Source of the DNA: Patescibacteria group bacterium
GTDB taxonomy: Bacteria > Patescibacteriota > Minisyncoccia > Phycocordibacterales > UBA9973
Length of the DNA stretch: 64,000 nucleotides
Direction: 5' to 3'
NCBI GenBank assembly: GCA_028868715.1
Contig: JAGWUB010000002.1
Span: 211,388-275,387, forward strand
Position numbers and translations under genes: made by a program. Every line of letters starts with the position of its first letter. The first letter of the stretch is position 1. The notes under the pieces are model-generated. The model was not told the DNA's origin. It worked only from the letters and a program-made list of their open reading frames with translations, and made no database searches. This document shows, in pieces, positions 28,518-38,826 of the stretch.

Positions 28518-28940
28518 CTAATTGAAATTAATCAAAAAGCTATACATGCCCATGCCGCACACACCACGAAGCGGCACACCAGCCACTGGGGTACCGATAT
28601 CTATTTCAGTTTCTCCGGTTTGGGGCAGGATTTTTTGGAAACCGATGGAATGAATTGCTAGAGATGAAGAACAATCATAAGAGCCGTTGGTTTTGACGAT
28701 AAGTTTTGTCGGAATGCCAGCCTTGGCAGTGGAGACTTTGGGTGAATAACCGCCTCCGGCAGCAATAGTGACATATTGAATGCCATCTTTTATTTGAATA
28801 TTGGCTACCGAACCAGCACTACTGCCACCACCACTTGATCCTAAAATAAAAACAAAACCCACCACTGCCAAGATCACAATTGTCGCCACGATGAAAGGAG
28901 TTTTATTTGTTCCGTTAGATGTTTTTTTATTTTTACTCAT
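28518..28940 (-). CDS. Cupredoxin domain protein
   Basis: GYSP, C, CGMGMY. Confidence 0.8.
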   Translation of the reverse strand: MSKNKKTSNGTNKTPFIVATIVILAVVGFVFILGSSGGGSSAGSVANIQIKDGIQYVTIAAGGGYSPKVSTAKAGIPTKLIVKTNGSYDCSSSLAIHSIGFQKILPQTGETEIDIGTPVAGVPLRGVCGMGMYSFLINFN

Positions 28941-28942
28941 AA

Positions 28943-29956
28943 TTAAATATTGAATAGTGGGTTGATAATACCGAGTCCAGCCAGCCCAGCCAAGAGCGCA
29001 AATAATCCAAAGCCGATAACTACGACCCCAGCTGATTTAAAGAATAGTGGCGCATATTTTCCGTGAGCGATTGAAGCCGAGCCAAATGATAGCAACAAAA
29101 GCATCGGCAAGGTTCCTAGAGCAAAAGCAAGCATGATGAGAAGACCAATAGTAAAGGATCCACTTCCAAGCGCCGCAAACTGCATTGATTGAGTAAATCC
29201 ACAGGGTAAGAAGAATGTACCGAAGCCCACTAGAAGTGGCGCAAAGGTTTTATGTTCTACCTTTCTAAAAAAATTAAAAATCCCCGATGGCAGTGTGATT
29301 TTATTTTTAGCAAATACTCCGACTAAATTTAAACCTAAATACAACATAATAAGTGATGCAACAATTCCTAATATTGCTGTAGTCGTAAATGTAGAATTAA
29401 TAGGTATGGCGCTACCCACCACCCCGAGAACTCCCCCTAATACCGCAAAGCTTACTAATCTACCACTATGAAAGAGAAAGAAAGTTTTGGTGTCACTCTC
29501 ATTGTCTTGTGATACTTTGGCTGAAAGTGAGAGCACCAGCCCGCCGACAATGGCCAAGCAGGAAGAAACTGAAGCAATGAGTCCAATGATAAATGCGGTT
29601 GCTGGTGTAGTCTTGCCACCGATGCCCAAGTTGAGAATACCTGATTTTTGTAACAGGAAAAATAAAAGTAAAAATCCAAGCCCAATGGGTATAGCTTTCC
29701 AGGTGGTGTTGTCACTCTCTTTTTCTGAAATAATTTTTTCTACTGAAAGAGTGTATCCGTTTGGTCTTATTTTTTCGCTCAAAATACCTGCCATTTCTTC
29801 TGGACTTTTTTCACTATCAACTTCTACTTCCACGACTTCCTTATTTAGATCAACCTGAACATTTTTAACAAAATCTTGCTCTTGCAAAACATCTTCGATT
29901 AAGATTTTACATGCTGCACAATGCGTACCCGAAACATGAAATGTATATTTTTTCAT
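28943..29956 (-). CDS. HMA domain plus DsbD_2/TauE-like membrane protein
   Basis: GTHCAAC, SSCLAIVGG, GR, LPCGFTQ, FALGT.P. Confidence 0.85.
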   Translation of the reverse strand: MKKYTFHVSGTHCAACKILIEDVLQEQDFVKNVQVDLNKEVVEVEVDSEKSPEEMAGILSEKIRPNGYTLSVEKIISEKESDNTTWKAIPIGLGFLLLFFLLQKSGILNLGIGGKTTPATAFIIGLIASVSSCLAIVGGLVLSLSAKVSQDNESDTKTFFLFHSGRLVSFAVLGGVLGVVGSAIPINSTFTTTAILGIVASLIMLYLGLNLVGVFAKNKITLPSGIFNFFRKVEHKTFAPLLVGFGTFFLPCGFTQSMQFAALGSGSFTIGLLIMLAFALGTLPMLLLLSFGSASIAHGKYAPLFFKSAGVVVIGFGLFALLAGLAGLGIINPLFNI

Positions 29957-29959
29957 AAA

Positions 29960-32272
29960 TTATAATTTTATACTTTTAATTCTAAGTGAATTGGAAACTA
30001 CGGACACGCTCGACATCGCCATCGCGAATCCAGCAAACACCGGCGAAAGTAGCCAGCCAAATATTGGATAAAAAAGCCCAGCTGCTAGTGGAATTCCAAC
30101 AATGTTATATATAAAAGCCCAGAAAAGATTCTGCTTGATTCCACGCATGGTTATTTTGGAAAGTTTAATTGCTTTGACGAGCTTGGAAATATCTCCACCC
30201 AAAAGAGTAATCCCGGCTGACTCAATAGCCACGTCGGTGCCTGTACCCATAGCGATACCCACATCAGCTTGTGCTAATGCTGGAGCGTCGTTCACTCCGT
30301 CCCCCGCCATAGCCACAATGTGTCCCTCCGTTTGTAATTTTTTAATCTTCAATAATTTATCTGCCGGCAAGACATGCGCCATGACATCATCAATACCCAC
30401 AAGTGATGCAATATATTTGGCAGCCCTTTCATCGTCTCCAGTAACCATAATTACTTTGATTCCGAGTTTATGTAGGTTGTCCACTGCTTGCTTGGATTCT
30501 GCCTTTATTTCGTCAGCTACCATCACAAACCCAAGCACTTTCTCGCTCGTAGCCAGGATAACTGGTGTCTTACCTTCCGCGGTAAATTGTTCTAATTTGG
30601 CAGTATCGAAAGAAAGTTTTAAGTCTTGTATTAGTTTTGCGTTCCCAACAAAATACTCTATTCCATCGATTGACCCTTTTAGACCCTTGCCTTGTATTCC
30701 CTCAAAATTTGAAGTATCTACTATTTTTATTTTTTTATCTTGGGCGTAGTTAACAATGGCATGAGCAATTGGATGCTCAGATTTTTTTTCTAAGGATGTC
30801 AAGATTGAAATAAATTTTTCGTCCGACAAGTCTGAAGAATTTTGAATATCAACCAGTGTAGGTTTGCCGATAGTAATCGTGCCAGTTTTATCTACAATGA
30901 CTGTATCTACTTTATGAAGTTTTTCCAAGGTTGCCGCATCTTTGATCAAAATTCCCTCGCGAGCACCCTTGCCGACTCCAACTATAATTGCCGTCGGCGT
31001 GGCCAGCCCGAGCGCACAAGGACAAGCAATCACCAGTACGCCGACAAAAGAAACCAAGCCGAATGAGAGTGCTTGTGAAAATCCTAGTGGCCCCGCCCCA
31101 ACAAGCAACCATATTCCGAGAGTTGCAAAAGCGATTACCAATACAATCGGCACAAAGATACTTGAAATTTTATCAGCTAAGGCCTGTATGGGGGCTTTAC
31201 TTCCTTGCGCATCTTCTACCATCTGTATGATATGAGCAAGAAGTGTTTCCGCGCCGACTTTGGTACCTTTGAAGGTAAATGCGCCACTGGTATTGATAGT
31301 ACCCGCCACCACACTATCACCAACTTTTTTGGAAGCAGGCATTGGTTCACCGGTCACCATTGATTCATCGACAAAAGATGCCCCTTCGGTAATTATTCCA
31401 TCTACTGGAATTTTACTTCCGGGTTTTACAATAATTAAGTCGCCGTGCACCACTTGATCAATTGGGATCTCAATTTCTTTCCCACCTCTGGTGACTAGAG
31501 CGGTTTTGGCCTGAAGATTAAGTAATTTTTCGATGGCATCGCCAGTTTTTAATTTAGATCTTGCTTCCAGATATTTTCCGAGAGCAATAAAAGTAATGAC
31601 CACAATAGTCACATCATAATAAGTCTGCGTGACATTAATAAAGGGGGCCAGTGATTTTTCAAATGCAGTAACAATAAAACTATATAAAAATGCTGTGATG
31701 GTGCCGATGCCGATCAAGGTATCCATATTTGCTTTACCGTAGCGGAGAAAACGATAGAAGCCAAGTAGGTATGGCTTACCGACAACAAAGAGTGTGTAGG
31801 CCGCCATTATTGGTAATAAGTGATGAAAAAATTCGCCTAGGTTGTAGCTCATTTCTGGCACAGCTTTGTACTCTGCTAAAATGTCCCAAGCCATAATAAA
31901 GATACTTATCACTGCAAGTGGAATAGCCGAGATAACTTTGTTCCGCATATCTTTAATTTCTGCCAACTTTTCAGCCTTGGATTGATTGAGCCCCAAGTGT
32001 GCAGCATGCTCGTCCTCACTCATACCCATTTCGCTCGCCGACATATTCATATTGTGTGCGTCTGATGCAACTAGAGAATACCCTAGTGGCTCTAACTTTT
32101 TATTGAAAGATTCTGGGTTGGTTTTACTTTGATCAAAAGATATTTTTGCATTTTCAGTGCCATTATTAACAGCAATAGATTCTACGCCGTCAATTTTTTT
32201 GACAGTTCGCTCGATAATGCTGGCGCATGAAGCACAATGCATACCTTTTACTTTAAAGGTTTTTGTATACAT
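29960..32272 (-). CDS. copA: Copper-translocating P1B-type ATPase
   Basis: [39 protein letters not shown]; start at MYTKTF directly after csoR. Confidence 0.95.
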   Translation of the reverse strand: MYTKTFKVKGMHCASCASIIERTVKKIDGVESIAVNNGTENAKISFDQSKTNPESFNKKLEPLGYSLVASDAHNMNMSASEMGMSEDEHAAHLGLNQSKAEKLAEIKDMRNKVISAIPLAVISIFIMAWDILAEYKAVPEMSYNLGEFFHHLLPIMAAYTLFVVGKPYLLGFYRFLRYGKANMDTLIGIGTITAFLYSFIVTAFEKSLAPFINVTQTYYDVTIVVITFIALGKYLEARSKLKTGDAIEKLLNLQAKTALVTRGGKEIEIPIDQVVHGDLIIVKPGSKIPVDGIITEGASFVDESMVTGEPMPASKKVGDSVVAGTINTSGAFTFKGTKVGAETLLAHIIQMVEDAQGSKAPIQALADKISSIFVPIVLVIAFATLGIWLLVGAGPLGFSQALSFGLVSFVGVLVIACPCALGLATPTAIIVGVGKGAREGILIKDAATLEKLHKVDTVIVDKTGTITIGKPTLVDIQNSSDLSDEKFISILTSLEKKSEHPIAHAIVNYAQDKKIKIVDTSNFEGIQGKGLKGSIDGIEYFVGNAKLIQDLKLSFDTAKLEQFTAEGKTPVILATSEKVLGFVMVADEIKAESKQAVDNLHKLGIKVIMVTGDDERAAKYIASLVGIDDVMAHVLPADKLLKIKKLQTEGHIVAMAGDGVNDAPALAQADVGIAMGTGTDVAIESAGITLLGGDISKLVKAIKLSKITMRGIKQNLFWAFIYNIVGIPLAAGLFYPIFGWLLSPVFAGFAMAMSSVSVVSNSLRIKSIKL

Positions 32273-32273
32273 A

Positions 32274-32537
32274 TTATTTTCTCTTAAGTTTATAAACCTT
32301 AAGTATCTCGGTAGTAGCTTTACCTGTGTCACCCTTTTTCATTTGGTCTACGACGCAATGACTAAGATGACCCTCCATAAGAGTGTCTTCAACATTTGAA
32401 AGACCTTGCTTGACCGCCGATGTTTGGGTGATGACATCAATGCAGTAAGTGCCACCATCTATCATTTTTTGAAGCCCACGAACTTGACCCTCAATTATTT
32501 TGAGGTGTCTGATTAATTTATCTTTATTGGTTTTCAT
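32274..32537 (-). CDS. csoR: CsoR/RcnR-family copper-sensing repressor
   Basis: L..IEGQVRG, YC.DV..Q, H..HC. Confidence 0.92.
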   Translation of the reverse strand: MKTNKDKLIRHLKIIEGQVRGLQKMIDGGTYCIDVITQTSAVKQGLSNVEDTLMEGHLSHCVVDQMKKGDTGKATTEILKVYKLKRK

Positions 32538-32543
32538 TCCAAT

Positions 32544-32572
32544 AGTGTATACCCCCTAGGGGGTATTGTCAA
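32544..32572 (-). promoter_or_regulatory. csoR promoter TTGACA-N17-TACACT with a perfect 18-bp CsoR operator palindrome in the spacer
   Basis: ATACCCCCTAGGGGGTAT at 32549-32566, typical C/G-tract CsoR operator. Confidence 0.88.
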
Positions 32573-32599
32573 CTTTTGGAAATTTAGGGTGTGGAAAAC

Positions 32600-32770
32600 T
32601 TATTTAATTTCTGGTTCTTGGTGAAATTTTTTTCCTAGATAGTACGGCCAGACTATAAGCGCTAGCACTCCCCTCCAAAATGAAAGACGAAGATAGCCGA
32701 TGGAAAAAAGCCAACCTATGGCCCACAGCACACCAAAAACATTATCGTGATTTATTATTATATTTGGCAT
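32600..32770 (-). CDS. 56-aa Trp-rich membrane microprotein (paralog 2), not in the ORF track
   Basis: MPNIIINHDNVFGVLWAIGWLFSIGYLRLSFWRGVLALIVWPYYLGKKFHQEPEIK. Confidence 0.8.
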   Translation of the reverse strand: MPNIIINHDNVFGVLWAIGWLFSIGYLRLSFWRGVLALIVWPYYLGKKFHQEPEIK

Positions 32771-32782
32771 AAAATTATTTTT

Positions 32783-32944
32783 TTAATGAATAATTGAAAA
32801 CGCGACCCCTAAAAAGTATGGCCAAACTATGATTGCTAGAACTCCCTTCCAGAAAGTTAGGTGTAGAAAGCCAATGGTAAAGAGCCAGGCCACAATCCAC
32901 GCCCCGCCTGTAAACATATTATTTTCTATTTTAATTTTGTTCAT
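32783..32944 (-). CDS. 53-aa Trp-rich membrane microprotein (paralog 1), not in the ORF track
   Basis: MNKIKIENNMFTGGAWIVAWLFTIGFLHLTFWKGVLAIIVWPYFLGVAFSIIH; TGaTATAAT 6 nt upstream. Confidence 0.8.
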   Translation of the reverse strand: MNKIKIENNMFTGGAWIVAWLFTIGFLHLTFWKGVLAIIVWPYFLGVAFSIIH

Positions 32945-32989
32945 CTATTAATTATATCAAATATATTAAAAATTGACGAGCCAAAAGTG

Positions 32990-33015
32990 TGAAATATTAA
33001 TTGGGGATATTCGTC
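32990..33015 (+). promoter_or_regulatory. ECF-sigma-like promoter TGAAAT-N16-CGTC
   Basis: Recurring motif, upstream of the 33110 gene. Confidence 0.4.
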
Positions 33016-33109
33016 AGTATTTAAAGAGGGGTATAAAGAAGGTATGGGAAAGGTCGATATTATTAACATTAATAAGTTGCTGAGTATTATTAATTTAATA
33101 AACAATTTT

Positions 33110-33487
33110 ATGGAAAAATTCAATTGGACAAAGGCACTAGGTTTTGGGGCACTTATTTGGCTCATTATGTTTGCTCTTGTTTCTGCTTTTGTAGGATTTA
33201 ACATCTATGAGGCACTCCTTTCAAAAATCATCTTTGTACTTGCTGCTGGCCTACTCTCTTATCTATGTGTCAGAAACGTAAAAACGGCATCACTCGGACG
33301 AGCTTTTGAGTATGGACTTACTTGGGTCGCTGTCGGCGTCGTGCTTGATCTCTTGGTTAGTATGCAATTTAATCCTACTATGCTCCTCGCTTGGGAATAC
33401 TGGGTAAGTTATGCTTTCATTCTGTTTGTACCAATGTTTTATTCAGGGTTTGGAACTACGAAGAATGTAAATGCTTTGCACGCCTAG
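33110..33487 (+). CDS. Four-TM hypothetical membrane protein
   Basis: Hydrophobic ORF from MEKFNW. Confidence 0.7.
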   Translation: MEKFNWTKALGFGALIWLIMFALVSAFVGFNIYEALLSKIIFVLAAGLLSYLCVRNVKTASLGRAFEYGLTWVAVGVVLDLLVSMQFNPTMLLAWEYWVSYAFILFVPMFYSGFGTTKNVNALHA

Positions 33488-33509
33488 TATAAAAATAAAC
33501 AATCAAACT

Positions 33510-33677
33510 ATGTTAGACAAAAAGAAAATATTACGAGAACAGGGACATTTGACTCGTCCTCCTAGGTTGGAAGGTGTGGTAAAAAACAAGAATATGAATC
33601 CGGTGAAAAAGAAGAAAAGAAAATTTACAACAATAACTTATCAATATGATCAAGATAATTACCAAAGGGTCTTATAG
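33510..33677 (+). CDS. Small basic hypothetical protein
   Basis: Short ORF filling the gap; overlaps the next gene. Confidence 0.3.
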   Translation: MLDKKKILREQGHLTRPPRLEGVVKNKNMNPVKKKKRKFTTITYQYDQDNYQRVL

Positions 33678-33993
33678 ATTAATCAATACTACGGACCACC
33701 ACAAGCTTCTATACTTAGAGGATCAGGGTTATATGTGGACCTATGCCAGAAATATTGGAGAGTTGCTAACTTTCTCCACGCATCCCCATCAACGAGATTA
33801 TCTTTTGGCTGAAGGCAAATATAATATCTATAAAGTGAAGGATGATCCAAAGTTGATCGACTTGCTTCATTTGGAGTTGTCGGTGGGGAGAAAATGGCAA
33901 GGCTATTTGCTTCTAACTGGACTGCCTACAAAAAAGAAAATCCGCAGTCGCATTGTGCCAACTGAGGAAATAATTTCTGGTAAAAAATATTAA
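33646..33993 (+). CDS. Hypothetical protein
   Basis: 115-aa ORF with HLEL...WQGYLL.TGLP. Confidence 0.7.
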   Translation: MIKIITKGSYRLINTTDHHKLLYLEDQGYMWTYARNIGELLTFSTHPHQRDYLLAEGKYNIYKVKDDPKLIDLLHLELSVGRKWQGYLLLTGLPTKKKIRSRIVPTEEIISGKKY

Positions 33994-33995
33994 GC

Positions 33996-34385
33996 TTATG
34001 ATCTTTTATACTGAGAGAGCCCAAGAATATTTCCTTCGGAATCTTTAAACCAAGCTAGGAAACCCATTTCACCGTCTTTTCCTAGCGGAGTTTTACCACG
34101 CACCACTTGGCCACCGTTTTCAACAATTTTATTTAAAGCTAATTCAATGTCTGCAACATCAACATAAAACATAGGGTATGGCATGCTGGGGTCACGCTTG
34201 CCAGAGCCTCCATTTATAAAACCTGGTTCAATTGGTTGCATCTTTTCATTTATCTCTCCAGTTTGCCAGCTAGTATAGCCAAATTGTTCCCATTCGAATG
34301 GTTTCCAACCAAAAACGTTTTGATAGAAGGATTTTGCTCTCTCCTTGTCATCCCACGGAAATTCAAAATGTGTAACTTTATCCAT
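33996..34385 (-). CDS. VOC/glyoxalase family protein
   Basis: VTHFE....RAKSFY..VFGW, INGG, FKDSEGNILGL. Confidence 0.9.
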   Translation of the reverse strand: MDKVTHFEFPWDDKERAKSFYQNVFGWKPFEWEQFGYTSWQTGEINEKMQPIEPGFINGGSGKRDPSMPYPMFYVDVADIELALNKIVENGGQVVRGKTPLGKDGEMGFLAWFKDSEGNILGLSQYKRS

Positions 34386-34424
34386 GCCTACATTATACCA
34401 TATTTTCTATTCCAAAAAAATATA

Positions 34425-34925
34425 TTACTTTATGATTAATTCTTCTTTTGAAAAGGAATAATAAAAAGAAAAACAAATAGCGCAAAAGATGACGAAAATA
34501 CCAGCAGAGAAAATTGCTGACCCTATTACTGATGTGTATCTAAGTAAACCCGTCATTTGCAATAGAGCATTCCAGTCATGAGTAGTGCTATCCCCTCCCA
34601 AAAGTGGCAACTGCATTGCTATGGAGTCAGAGGCATAGACGGAAACGTTGATGAGGTTCTGCCCGACCCAAAACAGCACCAGCGAAGCAGAAAAATATTC
34701 TCGACGCTGGTAAAAATAAAATGAAAACATAAGTGGAAGTAATACTTGCCAAAGAGAGCCGCCGAGAATATGTAAAAATTCACCAAATGGAAGAAAAATG
34801 ATATGCCCCGCTTCGTGAATAATTAAATTTACGTTATCAATAAAATGCCAATCTGTATACGTAAGACAGTAATATAAAAAATATGCTGTGGCTACAAGTG
34901 TGGTTATAAATCGTGTTTTGTTCAA
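34425..34925 (-). CDS. Membrane protein with HExGH motif (M50-like peptidase)
   Basis: IHEAGH, GGS..Q, Y..D, HDW. Confidence 0.7.
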   Translation of the reverse strand: MNKTRFITTLVATAYFLYYCLTYTDWHFIDNVNLIIHEAGHIIFLPFGEFLHILGGSLWQVLLPLMFSFYFYQRREYFSASLVLFWVGQNLINVSVYASDSIAMQLPLLGGDSTTHDWNALLQMTGLLRYTSVIGSAIFSAGIFVIFCAICFSFYYSFSKEELIIK

Positions 34926-34996
34926 AGTGTATTTATTATATCAGAAATTATTGGGTGTCTGGTACTCTATTGGAACCTTTTGTAGGGAAATAAGGG

Positions 34997-36193
34997 TTAA
35001 AAAGACTCAGCAAAAACACTTGCGGAGCTTTTAAATATTATGTCATTATTTTGAGGCGCTTCTATTTTATATGGGAAAGATTTACCACTATCATCTATGT
35101 ATTCCTCAGGATCTACGAATATTACTTTTAAATTTTGTTTTCTTGCCGATTGCTGTACAAGTCTTCTGTCTGCGTGAGAACCTATTACGAGTAAACTTTT
35201 GGCCTTTTTATTAAATTTAATCTTTGGTGTTAAAAATTGGTCAGTAAATTTTCTAACATACAATTCTGGTATGCCTAATCTTGATATAATGCCATCATAA
35301 TTATTAGTAATAACTGGTCCTACAACTAAACCACTCTTATAGGCACGCTTTAACCATTTATAAAATGATGAGTTTGGCTTGGCTAGCCATGATTGAGAAA
35401 TTATTTTCGTTGCAGATAAATAAAAATTGGAAGGATTTTCGATAATTGTTTCAAATAAATTATCGTCATTACCAAATATAAAGGTTTTATTCACGTTAGT
35501 AGTTTGATATATTTTATGTAAATAGGAAAGAGGATAAACTCCAGTTTCAGTAGATGGACCACAACCAAGTTCAATCTGAAAAGGTTGATATTTCAATATA
35601 TCACTGACATGTTTTACATATTTTGAATGCCCCTTTTGTAGAGGTATTCGAAACCCTTTCTTAATTATTTTCCAAGGATAATATTTTCTTTCATTTTTGA
35701 CATTAATATTACCACCAGTAATTTCTACATCGATCATCTTATAGTCATATGGTATTGGAAGATATTTTTTTACTTCTTCACTTTTTGGTTTAAAAATATT
35801 TATCTTTATTTTTAAACCTCCTAAAGAAGCGGACAGACCTTGTTTTGTTGTTTTGTAAGTAATATTTTTATTTTTCAGAGAAGCAACCATTTTTTTAAAA
35901 ATTTTTTCGGCTTCATGTTTGGGTAAGGAATGATTTATTTTTAAATAAACCCCCTTCAAAAGAAGTTCGGCAATTTTACCCTTGCAAGCAATATCATAGT
36001 TATCAATAAAATGTACTACTCTCCACCTACGGTCTTTTTCCGATTTCCATTTAGATTCATTTTTATTTTCCTTAGCTTGTGTTCTTCTCCATATTCCTTC
36101 ATGTAAATATCTACCGGTAGAAACAAACTGCTTGTTCCAGATTTCCAATCCCTTATTTTTCTTCTGCTGTGCGATTTTAAGTGGAAATTCCAT
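34997..36193 (-). CDS. Hypothetical protein with a divergent C-terminal Sir2/DHS-like NAD-binding domain
   Basis: ELGCGPS.E.G, VITNNYDG, LLVIGS, VIFVDP; visibly AT-rich. Confidence 0.6.
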   Translation of the reverse strand: MEFPLKIAQQKKNKGLEIWNKQFVSTGRYLHEGIWRRTQAKENKNESKWKSEKDRRWRVVHFIDNYDIACKGKIAELLLKGVYLKINHSLPKHEAEKIFKKMVASLKNKNITYKTTKQGLSASLGGLKIKINIFKPKSEEVKKYLPIPYDYKMIDVEITGGNINVKNERKYYPWKIIKKGFRIPLQKGHSKYVKHVSDILKYQPFQIELGCGPSTETGVYPLSYLHKIYQTTNVNKTFIFGNDDNLFETIIENPSNFYLSATKIISQSWLAKPNSSFYKWLKRAYKSGLVVGPVITNNYDGIISRLGIPELYVRKFTDQFLTPKIKFNKKAKSLLVIGSHADRRLVQQSARKQNLKVIFVDPEEYIDDSGKSFPYKIEAPQNNDIIFKSSASVFAESF

Positions 36194-36231
36194 AAGTTTT
36201 TTATACCACATAAAAACCAAAAAATCAATTG

Positions 36232-36302
36232 CTGGGAGACTTGGACTCGAACCAAGATAACATCCTCCAGAGGGATGTGTCCTACCATTAGACGATCTCC
36301 CA
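36232..36302 (-). tRNA. tRNA-Gln(CTG)
   Basis: TGGGAGA/TCTCCCA acceptor, CATCC-CTCTGGA-GGATG anticodon arm, TTCGAGT T-loop. Confidence 0.95.
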
Positions 36303-36377
36303 ATCTATATACCCTAACACCGTAAACTTAACACATTTTCACTAGAACATAAAGGGTTTATTTGGTATAATTAATGT

Positions 36378-37133
36378 ATGAGCAAAAGCCATAAAAATAA
36401 AGCAATCTTTTATGTGGTAATTCTAATTCTTTTAGTTGGATTGGGGTTGTTTTTGAAACAAAAAAAGGCAATTGCGCCTTTAGTTACTGAAAATCCTACG
36501 AGTCAGACTCAAGAAAATACAAGCCCAGTTTCCATTGGTTCTAAAACTATCAAGGAAGAAAATTTCACGGGGACGGTATCTACGGTTTCCGGCAAAAGTA
36601 TCCTCGCAGCAAAATCACAAGCGTATATCGACCAAGAAGTGAATGATTTTCGAAAACAAGCCAACAATGATGTCCCACCAATGCGACAAAAATTTGGAGC
36701 TGATAGTCCTACAGCGCAATACGAGATTGATATTGAGGCAAAATATGTAAAAAGTGAAAAGACAGAGTCAGTCTCAATCCTCACTTATACCTACACTGGT
36801 GGTGCGCATGGTAACAGTTCTTATAAAGTCATTACTACTACGTTAGTTAGTGGAAAAATTTTATCCTTGTCTGATGTCATTAAAAAAGGTAAAGAAAGCG
36901 CTTTTACTACATACGTAAAGAAAGCCTTAAATGACTGGCGACCAGAAGGTTCAGATGGTTCACCCGTCTTCCCTGAAGACGTCCAAGCTTTGACCTTTAA
37001 CTCGTTTGCTAATTGGTCCTTAGACAACACAAATCTGATAATCTACTTTAGCCAATACGACATCGGACCAGGAGTGCTGGGTCCAGTAGCTTTTCCGCTA
37101 CCAATAGAAAAAATCAAAGATTTTCTCCAATAG
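36378..37133 (+). CDS. DUF3298/RsiV-PdaC-like membrane-anchored protein
   Basis: YTYTGGAHG, L.L.D, YF.QY.IGP...G. Confidence 0.8.
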   Translation: MSKSHKNKAIFYVVILILLVGLGLFLKQKKAIAPLVTENPTSQTQENTSPVSIGSKTIKEENFTGTVSTVSGKSILAAKSQAYIDQEVNDFRKQANNDVPPMRQKFGADSPTAQYEIDIEAKYVKSEKTESVSILTYTYTGGAHGNSSYKVITTTLVSGKILSLSDVIKKGKESAFTTYVKKALNDWRPEGSDGSPVFPEDVQALTFNSFANWSLDNTNLIIYFSQYDIGPGVLGPVAFPLPIEKIKDFLQ

Positions 37134-37162
37134 TACTCTAACTTATTTACTAAAATATAAAA

Positions 37163-38809
37163 TTACTTCTTAGCAGCACAAGCTTTGATAAAAGCTGTAA
37201 AAAGCGGGTGTGGATTGAGTGGATGTGCCAAAAATTCTGGATGAAATTGAGTGCCTAAGAAAAATGGGTGTTTAGATTTTGGTAATTCGGCTATTTCCAT
37301 CAAATGTCCATCTGGAGAACGCCCAGAAAAAATGAGCCCAGCAGCCTCCAAGTCTCCTATAAATGATGGGTTCACCTCGTAGCGATGTCGGTGTCGTTCT
37401 ACTATTTGTTTTTTACCGTAGCTCTTCTCAGCCACAGTCCCTGAGCGAAGAATAGCTTTGTACTCTCCGAGACGCATAGATCCTCCATAGGAATTATTTT
37501 TTAAAATTTCTTTTTGAGATTCCATCACGTCTATGACTATGTTTTTTGAATGAGGGTTCACTTCTCTGGTATTGGCATCCTTGAGCCCTAAAACGTTCCG
37601 CGCATATTCTATCACCATCATTTGCATGCCGTAGCACAATCCAAAATATGGAATTTTATTTTTACGGGCAAACTCTACCGCGCGCAATTTCCCTTCTACG
37701 CCCCTACTGCCAAAACCGCCTGGAACAATAATTCCGTCATATTTTTTTAAATCTTTCAGTTTTGCAGGATTTTTTTCAAAATCAACCGAGTTCAACCAAG
37801 AAATAATTGGTTTTTTGTTTTGTGAATAAGAGGAGTATTTTATCGCTTCAATTACCGACAAATAAGAATCAGACAAGATAAAATCTCCGGTTTCAAAATA
37901 TTTACCAATCATCGCTATTTTTACTGTTTCCTTGCCATTGTGTGCATGTTTGGCAAAATTTTTCCAAGCGTTCCAAGCCTTGGTATCAGGTTTTTTACAC
38001 ACGACGCCCATTAGTTCGCAAAGTTTGTCGGAAAGCTTTTCTTTTTCAAAATTTAGCGGTATATCATAAATACTATCCACGTCTGGCGCAGAAATCACTC
38101 GGTCAGGTGGAACACTGCAAAACATAGAGATCTTTTCTTTTCTTTTTTCATCTAGGCGGACATCACTGCGAGCAATAATAAAATCAGCTTGCACGCCAGA
38201 ATTGTTTAATAGTCGTGCTGCGTGTTGAGTGGGCTTTGTTTTCATCTCTCCAATCTTTGAAGGTGTCGGCAAATAAGAAACCATAATGAAAAACACATCC
38301 TTTGGAGATTCCGTTTTCATCATTCTAGCAGCTTCCAAGAATAAAATATTTTCGTATTCTCCAGCTGTACCCCCAACTTCGATAATGACCACATCTGCTT
38401 TGGCCACCGCTCCAGCCTTTTTTATTCTGTCTATAACTTCGAGTGGAATATCGGGGACGACTTGCACACACTTGCCTTTGTATTCTAAGTTTCGTTCTTT
38501 TTCTATGACGGTCTTATACACTCGGCCGGTAGTCATGTAATTGCCCTTAGTTAAATTTAAATCCAAGAAACGTTCATAGTTTCCCATGTCCTGATCTGTC
38601 TCATCACCATCAGACAGCACAAAGACTTCACCATGTTCTACCGGATTCATGGTTCCAGCGTCCACATTGATATACGGATCAATCTTCATGGCCGTGACAG
38701 CAAGCCCACGATTTTTTAAAATAAGTCCGAGAGAGGAGGCAGTAATTCCTTTCCCTACTCCGGAAATAACTCCACCTACCACAAAGATATATTTAGTTTC
38801 TTTATTCAT
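37163..38809 (-). CDS. pyrG: CTP synthase
   Basis: GGVISGVGKG, KIDPYINVDAGTM, KTKPTQH, GLCYGMQ, QFHPEF. Confidence 0.98.
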   Translation of the reverse strand: MNKETKYIFVVGGVISGVGKGITASSLGLILKNRGLAVTAMKIDPYINVDAGTMNPVEHGEVFVLSDGDETDQDMGNYERFLDLNLTKGNYMTTGRVYKTVIEKERNLEYKGKCVQVVPDIPLEVIDRIKKAGAVAKADVVIIEVGGTAGEYENILFLEAARMMKTESPKDVFFIMVSYLPTPSKIGEMKTKPTQHAARLLNNSGVQADFIIARSDVRLDEKRKEKISMFCSVPPDRVISAPDVDSIYDIPLNFEKEKLSDKLCELMGVVCKKPDTKAWNAWKNFAKHAHNGKETVKIAMIGKYFETGDFILSDSYLSVIEAIKYSSYSQNKKPIISWLNSVDFEKNPAKLKDLKKYDGIIVPGGFGSRGVEGKLRAVEFARKNKIPYFGLCYGMQMMVIEYARNVLGLKDANTREVNPHSKNIVIDVMESQKEILKNNSYGGSMRLGEYKAILRSGTVAEKSYGKKQIVERHRHRYEVNPSFIGDLEAAGLIFSGRSPDGHLMEIAELPKSKHPFFLGTQFHPEFLAHPLNPHPLFTAFIKACAAKK

Positions 38810-38826
38810 TGGGACTTTTTGCTATT

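Noticed and set aside
30102-30749. Long antisense ORFs over copA, also over ftsH, pyrG and others
   Set aside because: Shadow frames of conserved genes with no motifs or own signals
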